In this document: positions 11,134-21,265 of the stretch, piece by piece
How the letters are laid out: each line of letters begins with the position of its first letter
How positions within the stretch are numbered: position 1 is the first letter of the stretch
Origin: Nitrosopumilus sp.
GTDB lineage: Archaea; Thermoproteota; Nitrososphaeria; Nitrososphaerales; Nitrosopumilaceae
Assembly (NCBI GenBank): GCA_965238275.1
Contig: OZ250186.1
Span: 1,664,001-1,728,000, forward strand
DNA length: 64,000 bases
Reading direction: 5' to 3'
Made by a program: the position numbers and the translations under genes
Notes under the pieces: model-generated
The model's database searches: none
Told to the model about the DNA's origin: nothing
The model's input: the letters and a program-made list of their open reading frames with translations, nothing else

Positions 11134-11586
11134 TCATCCCTCAAGCAGCCTCTTCAGGTTGCCAAGGGACTTTTCATAGAACGCACCCATGGATTCAACA
11201 AACGCAAGAAACTCCGCCTCTGACATCCCTTGGCTGTTCATGTACGACTTCCATGCTATCCTTGTCTGCCCCGCTGATGCCGGACTGAGCGATATCGTGG
11301 CGACATAGACCCGCAGCGGCAGGCCGTCTGTTGCAGCATATGTAAAGTGCTCCCCGTTCTTCCAGTCAACAATGTGCTCCTCGACCTTGTCCCCGTTTGC
11401 AAACGTGAGGAGCCTGACTGCGCCGACGCCCCTCTTCCTTTTGGACAGGTACACCGCATCCTGCACGCCTTCAGCCCATGCAGGCAGTCCCACGATGTTG
11501 CCCAGCGCCCTCCACACCCTTTCTGCAGGCGCCCTGACCCTGACGGTCCTCTTCAGCGTTCCTGTGTGGGATGGTTCTGGCGGCAT
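11134..11586 (-). CDS. SRPBCC/polyketide cyclase family protein
   Basis: VRAPAERVW, GVGAVRLLTF and C-terminal LGNLKRLLE. Confidence 0.85.
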   Translation of the reverse strand: MPPEPSHTGTLKRTVRVRAPAERVWRALGNIVGLPAWAEGVQDAVYLSKRKRGVGAVRLLTFANGDKVEEHIVDWKNGEHFTYAATDGLPLRVYVATISLSPASAGQTRIAWKSYMNSQGMSEAEFLAFVESMGAFYEKSLGNLKRLLEG

Positions 11587-11742
11587 GCTGACTTGCGCGT
11601 GGTGCCGGATTTAAAACTTGCACGGCAGGAACCATTCACGCCCACGCAGCCCGGGAGTCATCTCGCAGACTTTTCCCCATTCCGGCCAAAAAGCACCCAT
11701 AAAGTCCAACGATTTTTAATCCCCAAATACCAATGTACTGGG

Positions 11743-13020
11743 ATGGTGTTTGGCTGGGGCAAAAAGAAGCAGAGGGACGAGCCTGTCCGGGCGGCTCCTC
11801 AGCGCAGCGAGATCGGCCTGAATGATGTGCCCGGAATCCTTGCCGAACTGAACCAGACAAAGGCCGCACATGCAGTCCATGACATAATCTACCAGCGCGA
11901 TGCAGTCACGCCGCTTATCGATGACCTGATGAGGATTGGGAACCTGCTAGAGAGGGACAGCCTTAACGTTGATGACATAGACAAGCATCTTGCGGTAATA
12001 GTAATCCGGGGAAAGAAGCAGGTCCTTGAGGTTATCAAAAAGGAGGCGAACCACCTGCCGCCGGTATCCTCCATTCGGGACGTACCTGCCTTTGAATCCG
12101 CCCTGAACCAGCTTCTCAAGAAGGTCGGATCCGTCCTGGGACGGCAGTCCAAGGTGATACACATATTTGCAAAAAAGTACGCCGGACGCCTAAAGACCAA
12201 CCTTGAGACGATGACCAACCACCACAAGAGGATCCGCGAACTGATCTCCGAGTATGACTCTGCAGTGGCCAAATCTGATGAGATAACTGACATGATCAGC
12301 CAGATTGACGCCCTGAAGAACTCCAGGCAGGAGGGATCCAAGAGAATTGAGGAGCTGCGCAGAGACATCGGGGAGAGGGACGCTGCAATCGCATCCATCC
12401 GGAACCTGATTGCCAAGATAAAATCCTCAGACAGATACTGCAGGTATGTGGATTTGAAGAACAACCTTGATGCGTTTGCAGGACAAAAGGCCGAGATCCG
12501 GGCCAGAATAAACTCACAGTTTGCCAAAATCTCAAGGCCCCTGGGCAGGTACGAGTACGGCTCGGCCCTGGACAAGGACCAAAAGAGGATCCTTTCAGGG
12601 CTCATTGCAGACCCGTTTAGTATGCTTGTGGCACCAAACCTGGAGCCCATTGGCGAGATACTGGAGAATGTCAAGCGGGGAATATCATCAGGCTCAATCT
12701 CGGTCAAGGACGTCCCAAAGACGCTTTCATACATAGCAGAGACTGCGGGGTCAGTTGATGCGTTTGTAAGGCAGATCTCCGAGTATTATGCAGAGTACCG
12801 GAAACTTGAAGAAGAGATGAACGCCGTAAAATCAGACGATCTGCAGACCACAGAAGAGGATCTTGCCAAGAGCATCGCATTCAAGGAGAGCTCCGAGGAG
12901 AGGATCCAGGTGATTCGGGACGACATGGATGCTGCCGCATCAAGGATCATCCTACTGAAATCCCAGATTGAAGACGCACTGGTGCAGTCCACAAAATTCC
13001 AATACACATTGAAATCCTAA
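11743..13020 (+). CDS. long coiled-coil hypothetical protein
   Basis: Starts MVFGWGKKK; heptad-rich throughout. Confidence 0.75.
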   Translation: MVFGWGKKKQRDEPVRAAPQRSEIGLNDVPGILAELNQTKAAHAVHDIIYQRDAVTPLIDDLMRIGNLLERDSLNVDDIDKHLAVIVIRGKKQVLEVIKKEANHLPPVSSIRDVPAFESALNQLLKKVGSVLGRQSKVIHIFAKKYAGRLKTNLETMTNHHKRIRELISEYDSAVAKSDEITDMISQIDALKNSRQEGSKRIEELRRDIGERDAAIASIRNLIAKIKSSDRYCRYVDLKNNLDAFAGQKAEIRARINSQFAKISRPLGRYEYGSALDKDQKRILSGLIADPFSMLVAPNLEPIGEILENVKRGISSGSISVKDVPKTLSYIAETAGSVDAFVRQISEYYAEYRKLEEEMNAVKSDDLQTTEEDLAKSIAFKESSEERIQVIRDDMDAAASRIILLKSQIEDALVQSTKFQYTLKS

Positions 13021-13046
13021 AATTAATCATACATGACAGCATTGGT

Positions 13047-13445
13047 GTGATATTCAAGACCAAAAAGATCGAGCGCAACGTCATGCTTCAAAAGGACGTG
13101 CTTGACAGCATACTGTCCTACTGCAAGATGAAGCATCCCAACGAGGGGATCCTGATACTGAAGGGCAAGTCAAGGAGGGGACAGATAAGAATCGACGGCC
13201 TTGTCATTCCGCCGTTCAGCGAGACGGGCCCCACGTTTGCCGGATTCCCACACTCGTTTCTCCCCTTTGACATGAGCTATGTGGGACTCGTCCACTCCCA
13301 TCCAAGCGGCTCGGCCGAACCGTCAGTCACCGACCTGCATAACTTCTTTGGCCTGGTATCGCTGATAGTCAAGTTTCCATACGCCGACGAGTCCATATTT
13401 GCCTGGGACAGCGGCGGAAACCCCGTGCCCATGACCGTGGAGTGA
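13047..13445 (+). CDS. JAB/MPN (JAMM) metallopeptidase
   Basis: HPNE and HSHPSGSAEPSVTD JAMM motif. Confidence 0.9.
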   Translation: MIFKTKKIERNVMLQKDVLDSILSYCKMKHPNEGILILKGKSRRGQIRIDGLVIPPFSETGPTFAGFPHSFLPFDMSYVGLVHSHPSGSAEPSVTDLHNFFGLVSLIVKFPYADESIFAWDSGGNPVPMTVE

Positions 13446-13640
13446 CCCAGGCATATGCATGTCTGAACCGTCTTGGGGGGGGGAGGCGCTGCAGTTTGAA
13501 GTTTCCAACCTTCACTGCCAATTGGTCCTGTCCGGGATCTGTCCTGGCATGAACAGGCGATCGCGCCTGATCCTGCAGACGGTACGGGCAACCAAAAATC
13601 GATAAAACTTTATATCCATTTTAGGCGTATATTCAGCAAG

Positions 13641-13964
13641 TTGTTTAACTACAAGGTTTATCTGATCTTTCTGCTTGCATCCTTGGCAATCAGCATCGGT
13701 CTCCAGATGGTGCTTCCCTTCCCATACGGGTTGGCCGCAGCCCTTGGAATCTTCATACTGTTCCCGCTCTTCCTCAGAAGGAAATACATGAGCCGCATGC
13801 GCGGTTACGGCGGGGACTCTGGCACGCGTGGTGGCGGGTTCTTTGGAATGGGCTCCCAGGAAGGCTCCGGCAGCGTAAAGTACGTCTGCCTTGTATGCAA
13901 CAGCAAGCACAAGGGCGGCTCCTGTCCGCGCTGCGGCTCAAAGATGCAGCGCGCAGATTTCTGA
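13641..13964 (+). CDS. membrane protein with C-terminal zinc ribbon
   Basis: Two TM segments; CLVC...CPRCG. Confidence 0.75.
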   Translation: MFNYKVYLIFLLASLAISIGLQMVLPFPYGLAAALGIFILFPLFLRRKYMSRMRGYGGDSGTRGGGFFGMGSQEGSGSVKYVCLVCNSKHKGGSCPRCGSKMQRADF

Positions 13965-13970
13965 GACAAT

Positions 13971-14279
13971 ATGTCCCTTGACGATCTTCGCAAGAGGGTG
14001 GCATTCCACAACTCCGTGGATGTCTGGATCGCCGCATGCCGTGAAAGGGACGCAGACTGGACCAACCCGGACGACTACAGGAAGTTCATCGCATACCTGC
14101 TCAAAAACAACCTCCACCTCAAGGCATTCAACCTGTGCGCGCACGAGGCAGGCGCCACAGACGAGGCAAAGACGCAGTTTGCCGATCTGCTCGCGCAGGC
14201 AAAAGACGATCCCTGCTCCCTAAACTACACCATCCGGCTAAGCAACTCCGCGCTGGCCCTCATCCGCAGATACTCCTGA
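13971..14279 (+). CDS. hypothetical protein
   Basis: 102-aa ORF directly after the preceding gene. Confidence 0.7.
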   Translation: MSLDDLRKRVAFHNSVDVWIAACRERDADWTNPDDYRKFIAYLLKNNLHLKAFNLCAHEAGATDEAKTQFADLLAQAKDDPCSLNYTIRLSNSALALIRRYS

Positions 14280-15650
14280 TCATCTCCTGAGCCTTGGATT
14301 TGCTATCGTATCCAGGGCGTTTCCTATGAATACAAAGGCCAAACCCGTAATCGCAATCATTATCCCCGGCGGCATTATCCACCACCACAGCCCCCTGGGG
14401 GATGCCCCAAACGTGTTTGCGTCGTGCAGTATCTGGCCCCATGTGGGAAACGACGGATCCCCCAGTCCGAGAAAGCTGAGTCCTGCCTCGGTCGTGATGG
14501 CTGCAGGGACCGAGATGGCGATGCTTGCAAAGGCATAGGGGAGCAGCTGGGGCAGGATATGCTTGAATATTATGCTGGATCTCTTCTGTCCCATGATCTC
14601 TGCTGCATCCACATACCCCCTGGTCTTGATCTGCAGCGACATGCTCCTTGAGACCTTTGCAATGCCCACCCAGCCAAATATCATCAGGAATCCAACCATC
14701 ACAAATATGCTGTTGCTGACTGTCACTGAGAGTATCACCAGGAACGGCAGGGCCGGCAGGGCATACACCACGTCATTCACCCTCATCATGGTCTCGTCAG
14801 TCTTTTTGCCCCTGAACCCTGCATAAACCCCGTAGAGCAGTCCCATCACCACTGAGGCAATGGACACGACAAGCCCTATGAACAGGGCAAGGGGCGTTCC
14901 CCAGAGCAGCCCCACTGCCAGGTCGCGCCTGAGCTCGTCGGTGCCCATGACGCCAAAGGCCTTTCCCCCTATGATCAATTTGGACTCGGATACCTCCACT
15001 GCGTCTGAGCCCACCCCGTAAAAGTTCATTGAAAAGACATAGTTTCCCTTCAGGGGTACGTTTTCCTGCGTCTGTGAAAAGATCGTGTCGCTGACCGGGG
15101 CATGCCTGATGTCAAACCCGAACGGCTCTGCGTGCAGGTTGAGGTTCTGCCTTATCTGGCTGTCAGTCGAGAATATCCTTCCGCTGTGCGACGTCATGGC
15201 ATCCGACTGCGGAAGCGACCTTGAGATCAGTTCCAGCTCGACCCCGTCTGGCCTGATCACCGAGACCTGCATCAGGGGGGACCCGGCATACTCTGCTGAG
15301 AACTCGTAGATAAAGTCGTCAGGAAAGTCGTCATAGCCAAACTGCACCTGGAACCTGTGCGATGTTACCGAGATTCCCCCGTCGGTGCTCTGCTGGACGG
15401 CAGGCGACTCCAGAATCTGGTGCTCCGGAATCTTCTCTGCGGTAAACAGGTTTACCCATGACGGGACCGCGGCCCTTGGATACTCTATCCATTTCTCCGG
15501 ATTGTTCCACTGCTGGAGGGTGTCAAGCGGGATTGCAACCAGCGCAACCACCGACGTGGATGCGAGGATTGCAAGGATGCACAACCCGGCAATGCCCATC
15601 TTGCTCCTAAAGAACTCCCGCCGTATCTCCTGGAATGTGGTGGCGCTCAC
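14280..15650 (-). CDS. peptide/nickel ABC transporter permease (DppC/OppC type)
   Basis: GTDELRRD, EAA-like loop, EAGLSFLGLG, WWWIMPPG. Confidence 0.92.
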   Translation of the reverse strand: MSATTFQEIRREFFRSKMGIAGLCILAILASTSVVALVAIPLDTLQQWNNPEKWIEYPRAAVPSWVNLFTAEKIPEHQILESPAVQQSTDGGISVTSHRFQVQFGYDDFPDDFIYEFSAEYAGSPLMQVSVIRPDGVELELISRSLPQSDAMTSHSGRIFSTDSQIRQNLNLHAEPFGFDIRHAPVSDTIFSQTQENVPLKGNYVFSMNFYGVGSDAVEVSESKLIIGGKAFGVMGTDELRRDLAVGLLWGTPLALFIGLVVSIASVVMGLLYGVYAGFRGKKTDETMMRVNDVVYALPALPFLVILSVTVSNSIFVMVGFLMIFGWVGIAKVSRSMSLQIKTRGYVDAAEIMGQKRSSIIFKHILPQLLPYAFASIAISVPAAITTEAGLSFLGLGDPSFPTWGQILHDANTFGASPRGLWWWIMPPGIMIAITGLAFVFIGNALDTIANPRLRR

Positions 15651-16723
15651 TGGCCTATCCTCACCCTTGGATCAAAGTAGCCTATGAGCAGATCCGCAAA
15701 AAAGACGCTGACCAAAAAGAAGGCGGTAAGGATGTACGTGGCGCCCACTATCACCGGCAGGTCCATCACGGTGATGGCCTCAAAGTACAGCCTGCCCATT
15801 CCGGGCCAGTCAAACACCGCCTCTGTGATTATCGCCCCCCCGAGGGAGCCTGAAAGACTGAGTGCCAGTATGGTGATGATGGGGGGCGCTGCATTCTTTA
15901 GCGCATGCGAGTAGACTATCTTCCTCCTCTTGATCCCTATGGCCTTCTTTGCCATGACAAAGTCCTCCTGCATGATTCCCACCATGAAGTTTCTCACAAT
16001 GTACGCCCACGACCCAAAGCCAATCAGCACTATGGTGATCAGCGGAAGCGTCATGTGGTACAGAAGGGATCCCAGGTATGCCGGGTCAGAGGACGGGATG
16101 TCCGGCGTGGCCCTTGCGGGAAATACGTGGTATATGAACGAGAACAGAAAGATCATCAGCATTCCTATCCACCATACCGGAAAGCTGGAGCTTATCACTG
16201 CAAAGCTTGACGTGATTCTGTCTATGGGGGACCCCACCCTGCTTCCTGCCAGCGCGCCCAGAAATATCCCCAGCAGCGATATCACTACGGTCGCAGTGGT
16301 AAATAGGAGAATGGTCCTTGGCATCTTTTCAAATATGATGTCCCTTACATCCGACGAGCCTGCATCGCTGGTAAGAAACGTGGCGTATCCAAAGTCCAGA
16401 ATCAGTATCTTGTACATCGTAAGCCCTATCCTCTGCGGCGAGTACCACGGCTCGTCCAGCCCGAGGTTTTTGATCCTCTGGTCTATGGTGTCCTGGACTA
16501 CCTTTTCAAACTCCTCAATCGAGGCAAAGCCCTCGATCATCCTTGGATTCTCCGTCATCTCCGACCTGACCTGAAACGCTATGCCGTGCTTCAAAATGAC
16601 ATCCATGTTGGAGCCTACAAGGGCGATTGTGATTAGCAGGGTAATCATCAACACTCCAAACATCGTAGCCACCCTGGTTGCCACATATCTCTTGAGGGAC
16701 GTGTCTGTGGTTGGTCGGATCAT
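15647..16723 (-). CDS. peptide/nickel ABC transporter permease (DppB/OppB type)
   Basis: LGLDEP, HALKNA, EAVFDWPGMG, DPRVR. Confidence 0.92.
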   Translation of the reverse strand: MIRPTTDTSLKRYVATRVATMFGVLMITLLITIALVGSNMDVILKHGIAFQVRSEMTENPRMIEGFASIEEFEKVVQDTIDQRIKNLGLDEPWYSPQRIGLTMYKILILDFGYATFLTSDAGSSDVRDIIFEKMPRTILLFTTATVVISLLGIFLGALAGSRVGSPIDRITSSFAVISSSFPVWWIGMLMIFLFSFIYHVFPARATPDIPSSDPAYLGSLLYHMTLPLITIVLIGFGSWAYIVRNFMVGIMQEDFVMAKKAIGIKRRKIVYSHALKNAAPPIITILALSLSGSLGGAIITEAVFDWPGMGRLYFEAITVMDLPVIVGATYILTAFFLVSVFFADLLIGYFDPRVRIGQ

Positions 16724-16801
16724 GTTATAATCATTATGTATTGAGGTAGGTATGGACTCAGGTCCAATACAATTCTAGGCACGAATTTGCAATGAATTAT
16801 G

Positions 16802-17269
16802 GGGACTGGTAAGTTATCGCGACCTAAACTAGGGTGGAAAGCTGGTGATCTAAAATATTACGATTTCTTCAATGTTTAATCGGTACACTTAGCGTTCCAA
16901 CTTGTCTAGTCGTTCTGCCAATCCCTCGATCCCTTGTCCGTTGGCTTGCACCACACCATACATTTGGGGCAGAATGTCCGTGTGCTCCTTGATGACATCC
17001 ATGTCAGTTTTCATGGTGTCAAGCTTGTTGCAGTTGATGCCGACTTGCTCCTTGAGGCCGTCCACGTCTTGTTTGAGGTTTCCCAATTCCTGCCTGACGA
17101 CCCTGATTTCTGTCAGAATGTCTTCATTGGTGCTCATGGTAATCTTTCCCGGGCTGGACATAAAAGTGTTAAATGGTGTTTAACATTTAGCCAAAAGGAA
17201 TCGCAGAGAAGATCCGTTCAGGTCACCAACTTTCCACCGGATTCTGGGTCACTGTAAGTTACCAGCCCC
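16802..17269. mobile_element. putative non-autonomous element with 53-bp imperfect inverted repeats enclosing one small ORF
   Basis: 16802-16854 matches the reverse complement of 17217-17269 at 40/53 positions; no clear TSD. Confidence 0.55.
16889..17161 (-). CDS. small coiled-coil protein
   Basis: Heptad pattern ILTEIRVVRQELGNLKQDVDGLKEQV. Confidence 0.65.
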   Translation of the reverse strand: MSSPGKITMSTNEDILTEIRVVRQELGNLKQDVDGLKEQVGINCNKLDTMKTDMDVIKEHTDILPQMYGVVQANGQGIEGLAERLDKLER

Positions 17270-17636
17270 AAATAATAGTAGTCTTAAAATATCCTATCAA
17301 ATCATTATGTTGGCATGTTTGGCAGCCGGCCCGTCCATGCCCAGATAGCATTGGCCGGGCGGGCATGCCCTGCGGCGGCGGCGGCGGCGGCGTCCAGCTG
17401 GCCTGAGATGCCAGCCATGCCCGTACTCCCGTACGGCACCTTCATGCGGCATCCGATTATTTGCGGGACTCTGGCACCATGACTGTCCTGCCGGCTGTGA
17501 CAGGCGGCGTCTGGCTGCGATGCGCTGCTGCGGTACAGCAACGGCATGATTTTTCATTAATAAAAATAAAAAAACCGGTGGGGGTGGCGCTGACTGCCAT
17601 TATGCAGCAGCCGTGGCCTGTGTGCAGTCACATCCA

Positions 17637-17777
17637 TCAGATGCTTCTTGCTAGCAAATCGTTGATTGCGTCTGAGTAGCTGTATGCCTTGTTGCTGACA
17701 AGTATCGTCTTGGCCTGAAATTGTCGTACTTTGCGATCCAACTCATCACTTATCATGAATGTGACTCGTTTTGTCAT
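17637..17777 (-). CDS. 46-aa ribbon-helix-helix-like protein (not in the ORF track)
   Basis: MTKRVTFMISDELDRKVRQFQAKTILVSNKAYSYSDAINDLLARSI; TATAAATA upstream on the minus strand. Confidence 0.7.
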   Translation of the reverse strand: MTKRVTFMISDELDRKVRQFQAKTILVSNKAYSYSDAINDLLARSI

Positions 17778-18042
17778 ACCATGTGTGTGTTATTGCAGTA
17801 TTTATACCAGAACCATCTTCACTGTCACAACCTGCGCGCAATCCAAAAACAAGACGCCACATGCATGCGCCGTGGCCTGGCACCCTGTTCGCAATCGTTT
17901 GGGCCGCCTGGATCCGCGTGCTTGAAGCGGCCTGCCCGGTTCCCGTGCGATGCCTGGTGCACGAATCCCGCAGAACCGTCCCCTGTTGGATCATCCTCTC
18001 ATCATCAGAAATGTTATAAATCTGGCCGGTTCTGGGCATGTC

Positions 18043-18333
18043 ATGACAGAAAAGCCTCCGTTTGACCCTGACAGTCTTGTCCTGACAAAGCCCGAGATTG
18101 TCGGGTTTTGTGATCGTGTGTTGAAAAAGTGGAATGAGGACCCCTCAAAGCACGCAAACGGCATACTTGCAATGAATGCAGTACGGACCAGCATACTGTG
18201 GACTGACGAGGAATCCCTCAAGATGATCTGGGGTGAGATCCTGGCATGGACCTTTGAGCTGCTCTACGAGAATGCAATGGCGCAGGACGCGCGGTGGGCC
18301 GACACCATGAAAAGGGTAGGGGCAAGACAGTGA
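18043..18333 (+). CDS. hypothetical protein
   Basis: ORF preceded by a TTATAAA box about 30 nt upstream. Confidence 0.7.
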   Translation: MTEKPPFDPDSLVLTKPEIVGFCDRVLKKWNEDPSKHANGILAMNAVRTSILWTDEESLKMIWGEILAWTFELLYENAMAQDARWADTMKRVGARQ

Positions 18334-18409
18334 TGCCCTGGAACAGACAGGATTGCATGCATTTATGGTAGAGTCTGGACCTGCCGCATACTATGCCTGC
18401 GGCGGCCTT

Positions 18410-18733
18410 TTACACATCCACTTTTCCTACACTCGCCCTGTCCTTTGTGACAATTATCGGGCGCATGATGAGTCCGGGATGCTCTGCCATCAGTTTGATT
18501 ATCTGCGAGTCCGTGTTTTCGGCGCTGTCCAGTTTGAGCTCCTTGTACATCTTGTCCCTCTTTCTCAAAAGCTCCGACGGCCTCTTGCCGCTCATCTGAA
18601 CTATCTCCCTTAACTCTGACTCTGAAAACGGCTGCTTGAAAAAGTCCCTCTTTTCGATGACTGCGCCGGATTTTTCGATGCCTGCTATGGCCCTTTTGCA
18701 TGTGATGCATGAGGACTTGTGATATATCTTCAA
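18410..18733 (-). CDS. ArsC/Spx family protein
   Basis: IYHKSSCITCKRA and HPGLIMRPI. Confidence 0.85.
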   Translation of the reverse strand: MKIYHKSSCITCKRAIAGIEKSGAVIEKRDFFKQPFSESELREIVQMSGKRPSELLRKRDKMYKELKLDSAENTDSQIIKLMAEHPGLIMRPIIVTKDRASVGKVDV

Positions 18734-19583
18734 CCAGAAACCGTGTGCCTGCCTGGCCTAAAAGTTGTTCGGGTGACGGGGGTGTGTCCTAGAGACATAT
18801 ACCCCCGGATGACAAAAGATATGGATCGGCAGATCACGGCATCGCCTAATGACTACAAAGAAACGCGATCAACGACAATACGATTTGGTTCAGCAGTACC
18901 TGTCTGGTCTCATGCTGAATACCGTGCTGGGAATAATCAAGGAGCTTGGGAATCCGTACGCCGTCAGGCCCGGCCTGGGCGGCATGACTGCATATCCGCC
19001 TGGCGCCATGGCAGCTGTCTGCATCATGCTTGAGGCACAGCGCACGACCTACCGTAAGATGGTCGGCATTCTCCGGAATAACGGCACCATGGCAGCCAAG
19101 ATGGGCCTGGACCGGATTCCCTCCAAGAGCACGATAGCGCGCGCCTACGGCCTGATCCCGGAATGGTATCTGGCAGAGGCACACCGGATTGCCATCAGGG
19201 AGGTGGAGGCAGGCTCCCTGGCAGCAGACAGCACCGGATACTCGTACCTGCGGTTTGTCAGGTGGCTTGACGTCAGGACCGACAGTTTTCGCACCAGGAA
19301 GGGATGGGTCAAACTGCACGCAATCGTGGATATCCGCACCAGGGTGATAATCGACTGCATGGTGACAGACAGCGCGGTGGCAGACATAAACGGGTTGTAT
19401 GTGATGCTCTGCAGGCTAAGCCGGGGCACCGGCGACTTTTGCCTGGATTCTGCGTATCTGGCAAGGCTCATGTGCAACATGATATCTGCCATGGGAATGG
19501 TGCCCCGCATCAAGCCAAAGTCCAACACCGTACGCAACGCCAAGGGAAGCCAGTCGTGGCGCGAGATGGTGAGCCTGTACATG

Positions 19584-21265
19584 AGATCCTATGCAGAATG
19601 TGCCTGACGTGGCAAATCATAAAATCATGTCAGAACTGCGCTAGCCGTGGCCATATTTGAAAATCTCGTCTGCCGTATATTTTACAAATTTGTCTTGCAC
19701 GTCCATGTGAAAAATCCAGTTTCCAGTATTGGAAAATAAGGCACGTCCTGTGGATGTGCGGCATCCGTCCCCGGGGCGGCAGGTTGTTTCATGGGGAATG
19801 GTGGGGGAATTTGCACAAATATTGGATGCCGTGCGCGACATTCCTGCACTGCCTGATGCCACCTGCCTTTCACTCCGTCAGGCGGCTCGTGCCGCCCTGT
19901 CTCAGAGGCGCGCCCTTTTTTCGGCCAGCCTTTTGAGAAGGTCCGCGTCCCTGAGTTTTATTTCGTCCCACATCAGATCCTGGTTTACCATTCCCGCAAT
20001 CGCGTTGAGCTCGTCGTTGTACTCCTCCTCGGTGCCGTCGTACGGGTCAGTCAGCCTCTTGTACTGTTTCAGGCTTCCGATAACGTGCTCTATGGCCACA
20101 CGGGAGCTGTTTACCCTCTTGTTGTAGGCGCGCTGCTTCTTTGTCAGGCCGCCGGTCTTTTTGTCGGCTCCACGCTTTTTCTTGTGCGGGTGCCTGATGT
20201 GCCATCCGGGATATTCCTCTCTTGTCCCTTGGTAGCCCTTGTCCATCAGGACGTCAGGCTTTTCTTTTTCGGGCACGTCCTTCTGGCCCATCCTTGCCGT
20301 AATGATTCCAAGGTTTGGCGGATCCTCGTTGAGCAGGGTCTTGTCGTGGACGCTGCCCGGAACGGTCTTGCTTATCGCCACTATCACGCGGCGCTTGTTG
20401 ATCACGATGTTGGTATTGTACGTGTGCGCCTTCTTCTTGCCAGAGTACGTCTTTTTGCGTCTCTCCTTGTCCGCGGACCTTCTGACCCGGTTGTGCGTGC
20501 CGTCCACCATCAGTTCTCCTCCCCTCCTGCCGGGTATTATCTTCTTGCTCTCCTCGAGTGTCTTGGCCTTTTGTACAGCCTCGCTGATTTTGCGCGGCGC
20601 CGTGCCTGTCTCGCCTAGCAGCCTGGTCATCAACGGGAGATACCTGGAGACGGTGGCCTGGTCGACGCCAAACATCGCGGCAAGGGCTTCCTGCGGTATG
20701 CTCAGCCTTGCCCGAAACAGCCACAGCAGGTACGCGTGCCTCAGGGGCAGGATGCGCCTGCTCCCGGAGTTTTTCGATCTGTTCTCGATTTCCCGGAAGA
20801 GTGCAGTCTCCCCGTTCCGCTCCAAAAGCTCCTCGAGGCGGTTCAGCGTGTGGCCAAACTTTTCCGGGGTGCGCAGCGTCATGGCGTGCAGTAATTCCGG
20901 ATATTTTATGATGTCGTCGAGAACCCTCGACGTGACGGTCCAGTGATCAGTCAGGCGTTCCTTGAGCGCCTCGCACTTCTGTCGGTCTGTCCTGCGTGCT
21001 TCCTTGAGGGCCCTGATCCTCTGCCGGCAGGATTCATCCGACTCCCTGAGCGCCTCGTTTTCCTGCCGTAATCTCTGCACCGTTGGATCGACTAGCATTG
21101 CCATCACGGTGTGGCGTAAAAATCACCGATCTTAACGTTTCGGTTATCCTTCTTGGATTGGCATGCTTTACGGTTCCGTGGATATTCGGCCGCATGTGGT
21201 GCCGCACGTGGGAATAACCCAATTTAATTCAGTTTTTTAAATCAGGCACATTCTGCATGAGATCT
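19584..21265 (-). mobile_element. IS5/ISL2 (PIF/Harbinger-like) element nested in a transposase gene
   Basis: 24-bp TIRs AGATCCTATGCAGAATGTGCCTGA / AGATCTCATGCAGAATGTGCCTGA (rc); 3-bp TSD ATG. Confidence 0.88.
19902..21107 (-). CDS. DDE_Tnp_4-type transposase
   Basis: HTH LAAMFGVDQATVSR; VDGT, YSGKKK, PGSVHD, DKGYQG, RVAIEHVIG. Confidence 0.9.
   Translation of the reverse strand: MMAMLVDPTVQRLRQENEALRESDESCRQRIRALKEARRTDRQKCEALKERLTDHWTVTSRVLDDIIKYPELLHAMTLRTPEKFGHTLNRLEELLERNGETALFREIENRSKNSGSRRILPLRHAYLLWLFRARLSIPQEALAAMFGVDQATVSRYLPLMTRLLGETGTAPRKISEAVQKAKTLEESKKIIPGRRGGELMVDGTHNRVRRSADKERRKKTYSGKKKAHTYNTNIVINKRRVIVAISKTVPGSVHDKTLLNEDPPNLGIITARMGQKDVPEKEKPDVLMDKGYQGTREEYPGWHIRHPHKKKRGADKKTGGLTKKQRAYNKRVNSSRVAIEHVIGSLKQYKRLTDPYDGTEEEYNDELNAIAGMVNQDLMWDEIKLRDADLLKRLAEKRARL

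Noticed and set aside
17372-17392. (GCG)n microsatellite, and similar GCA/GCC runs near 27945-27972
   Set aside because: Simple intergenic low-complexity tracts with no evidence of function
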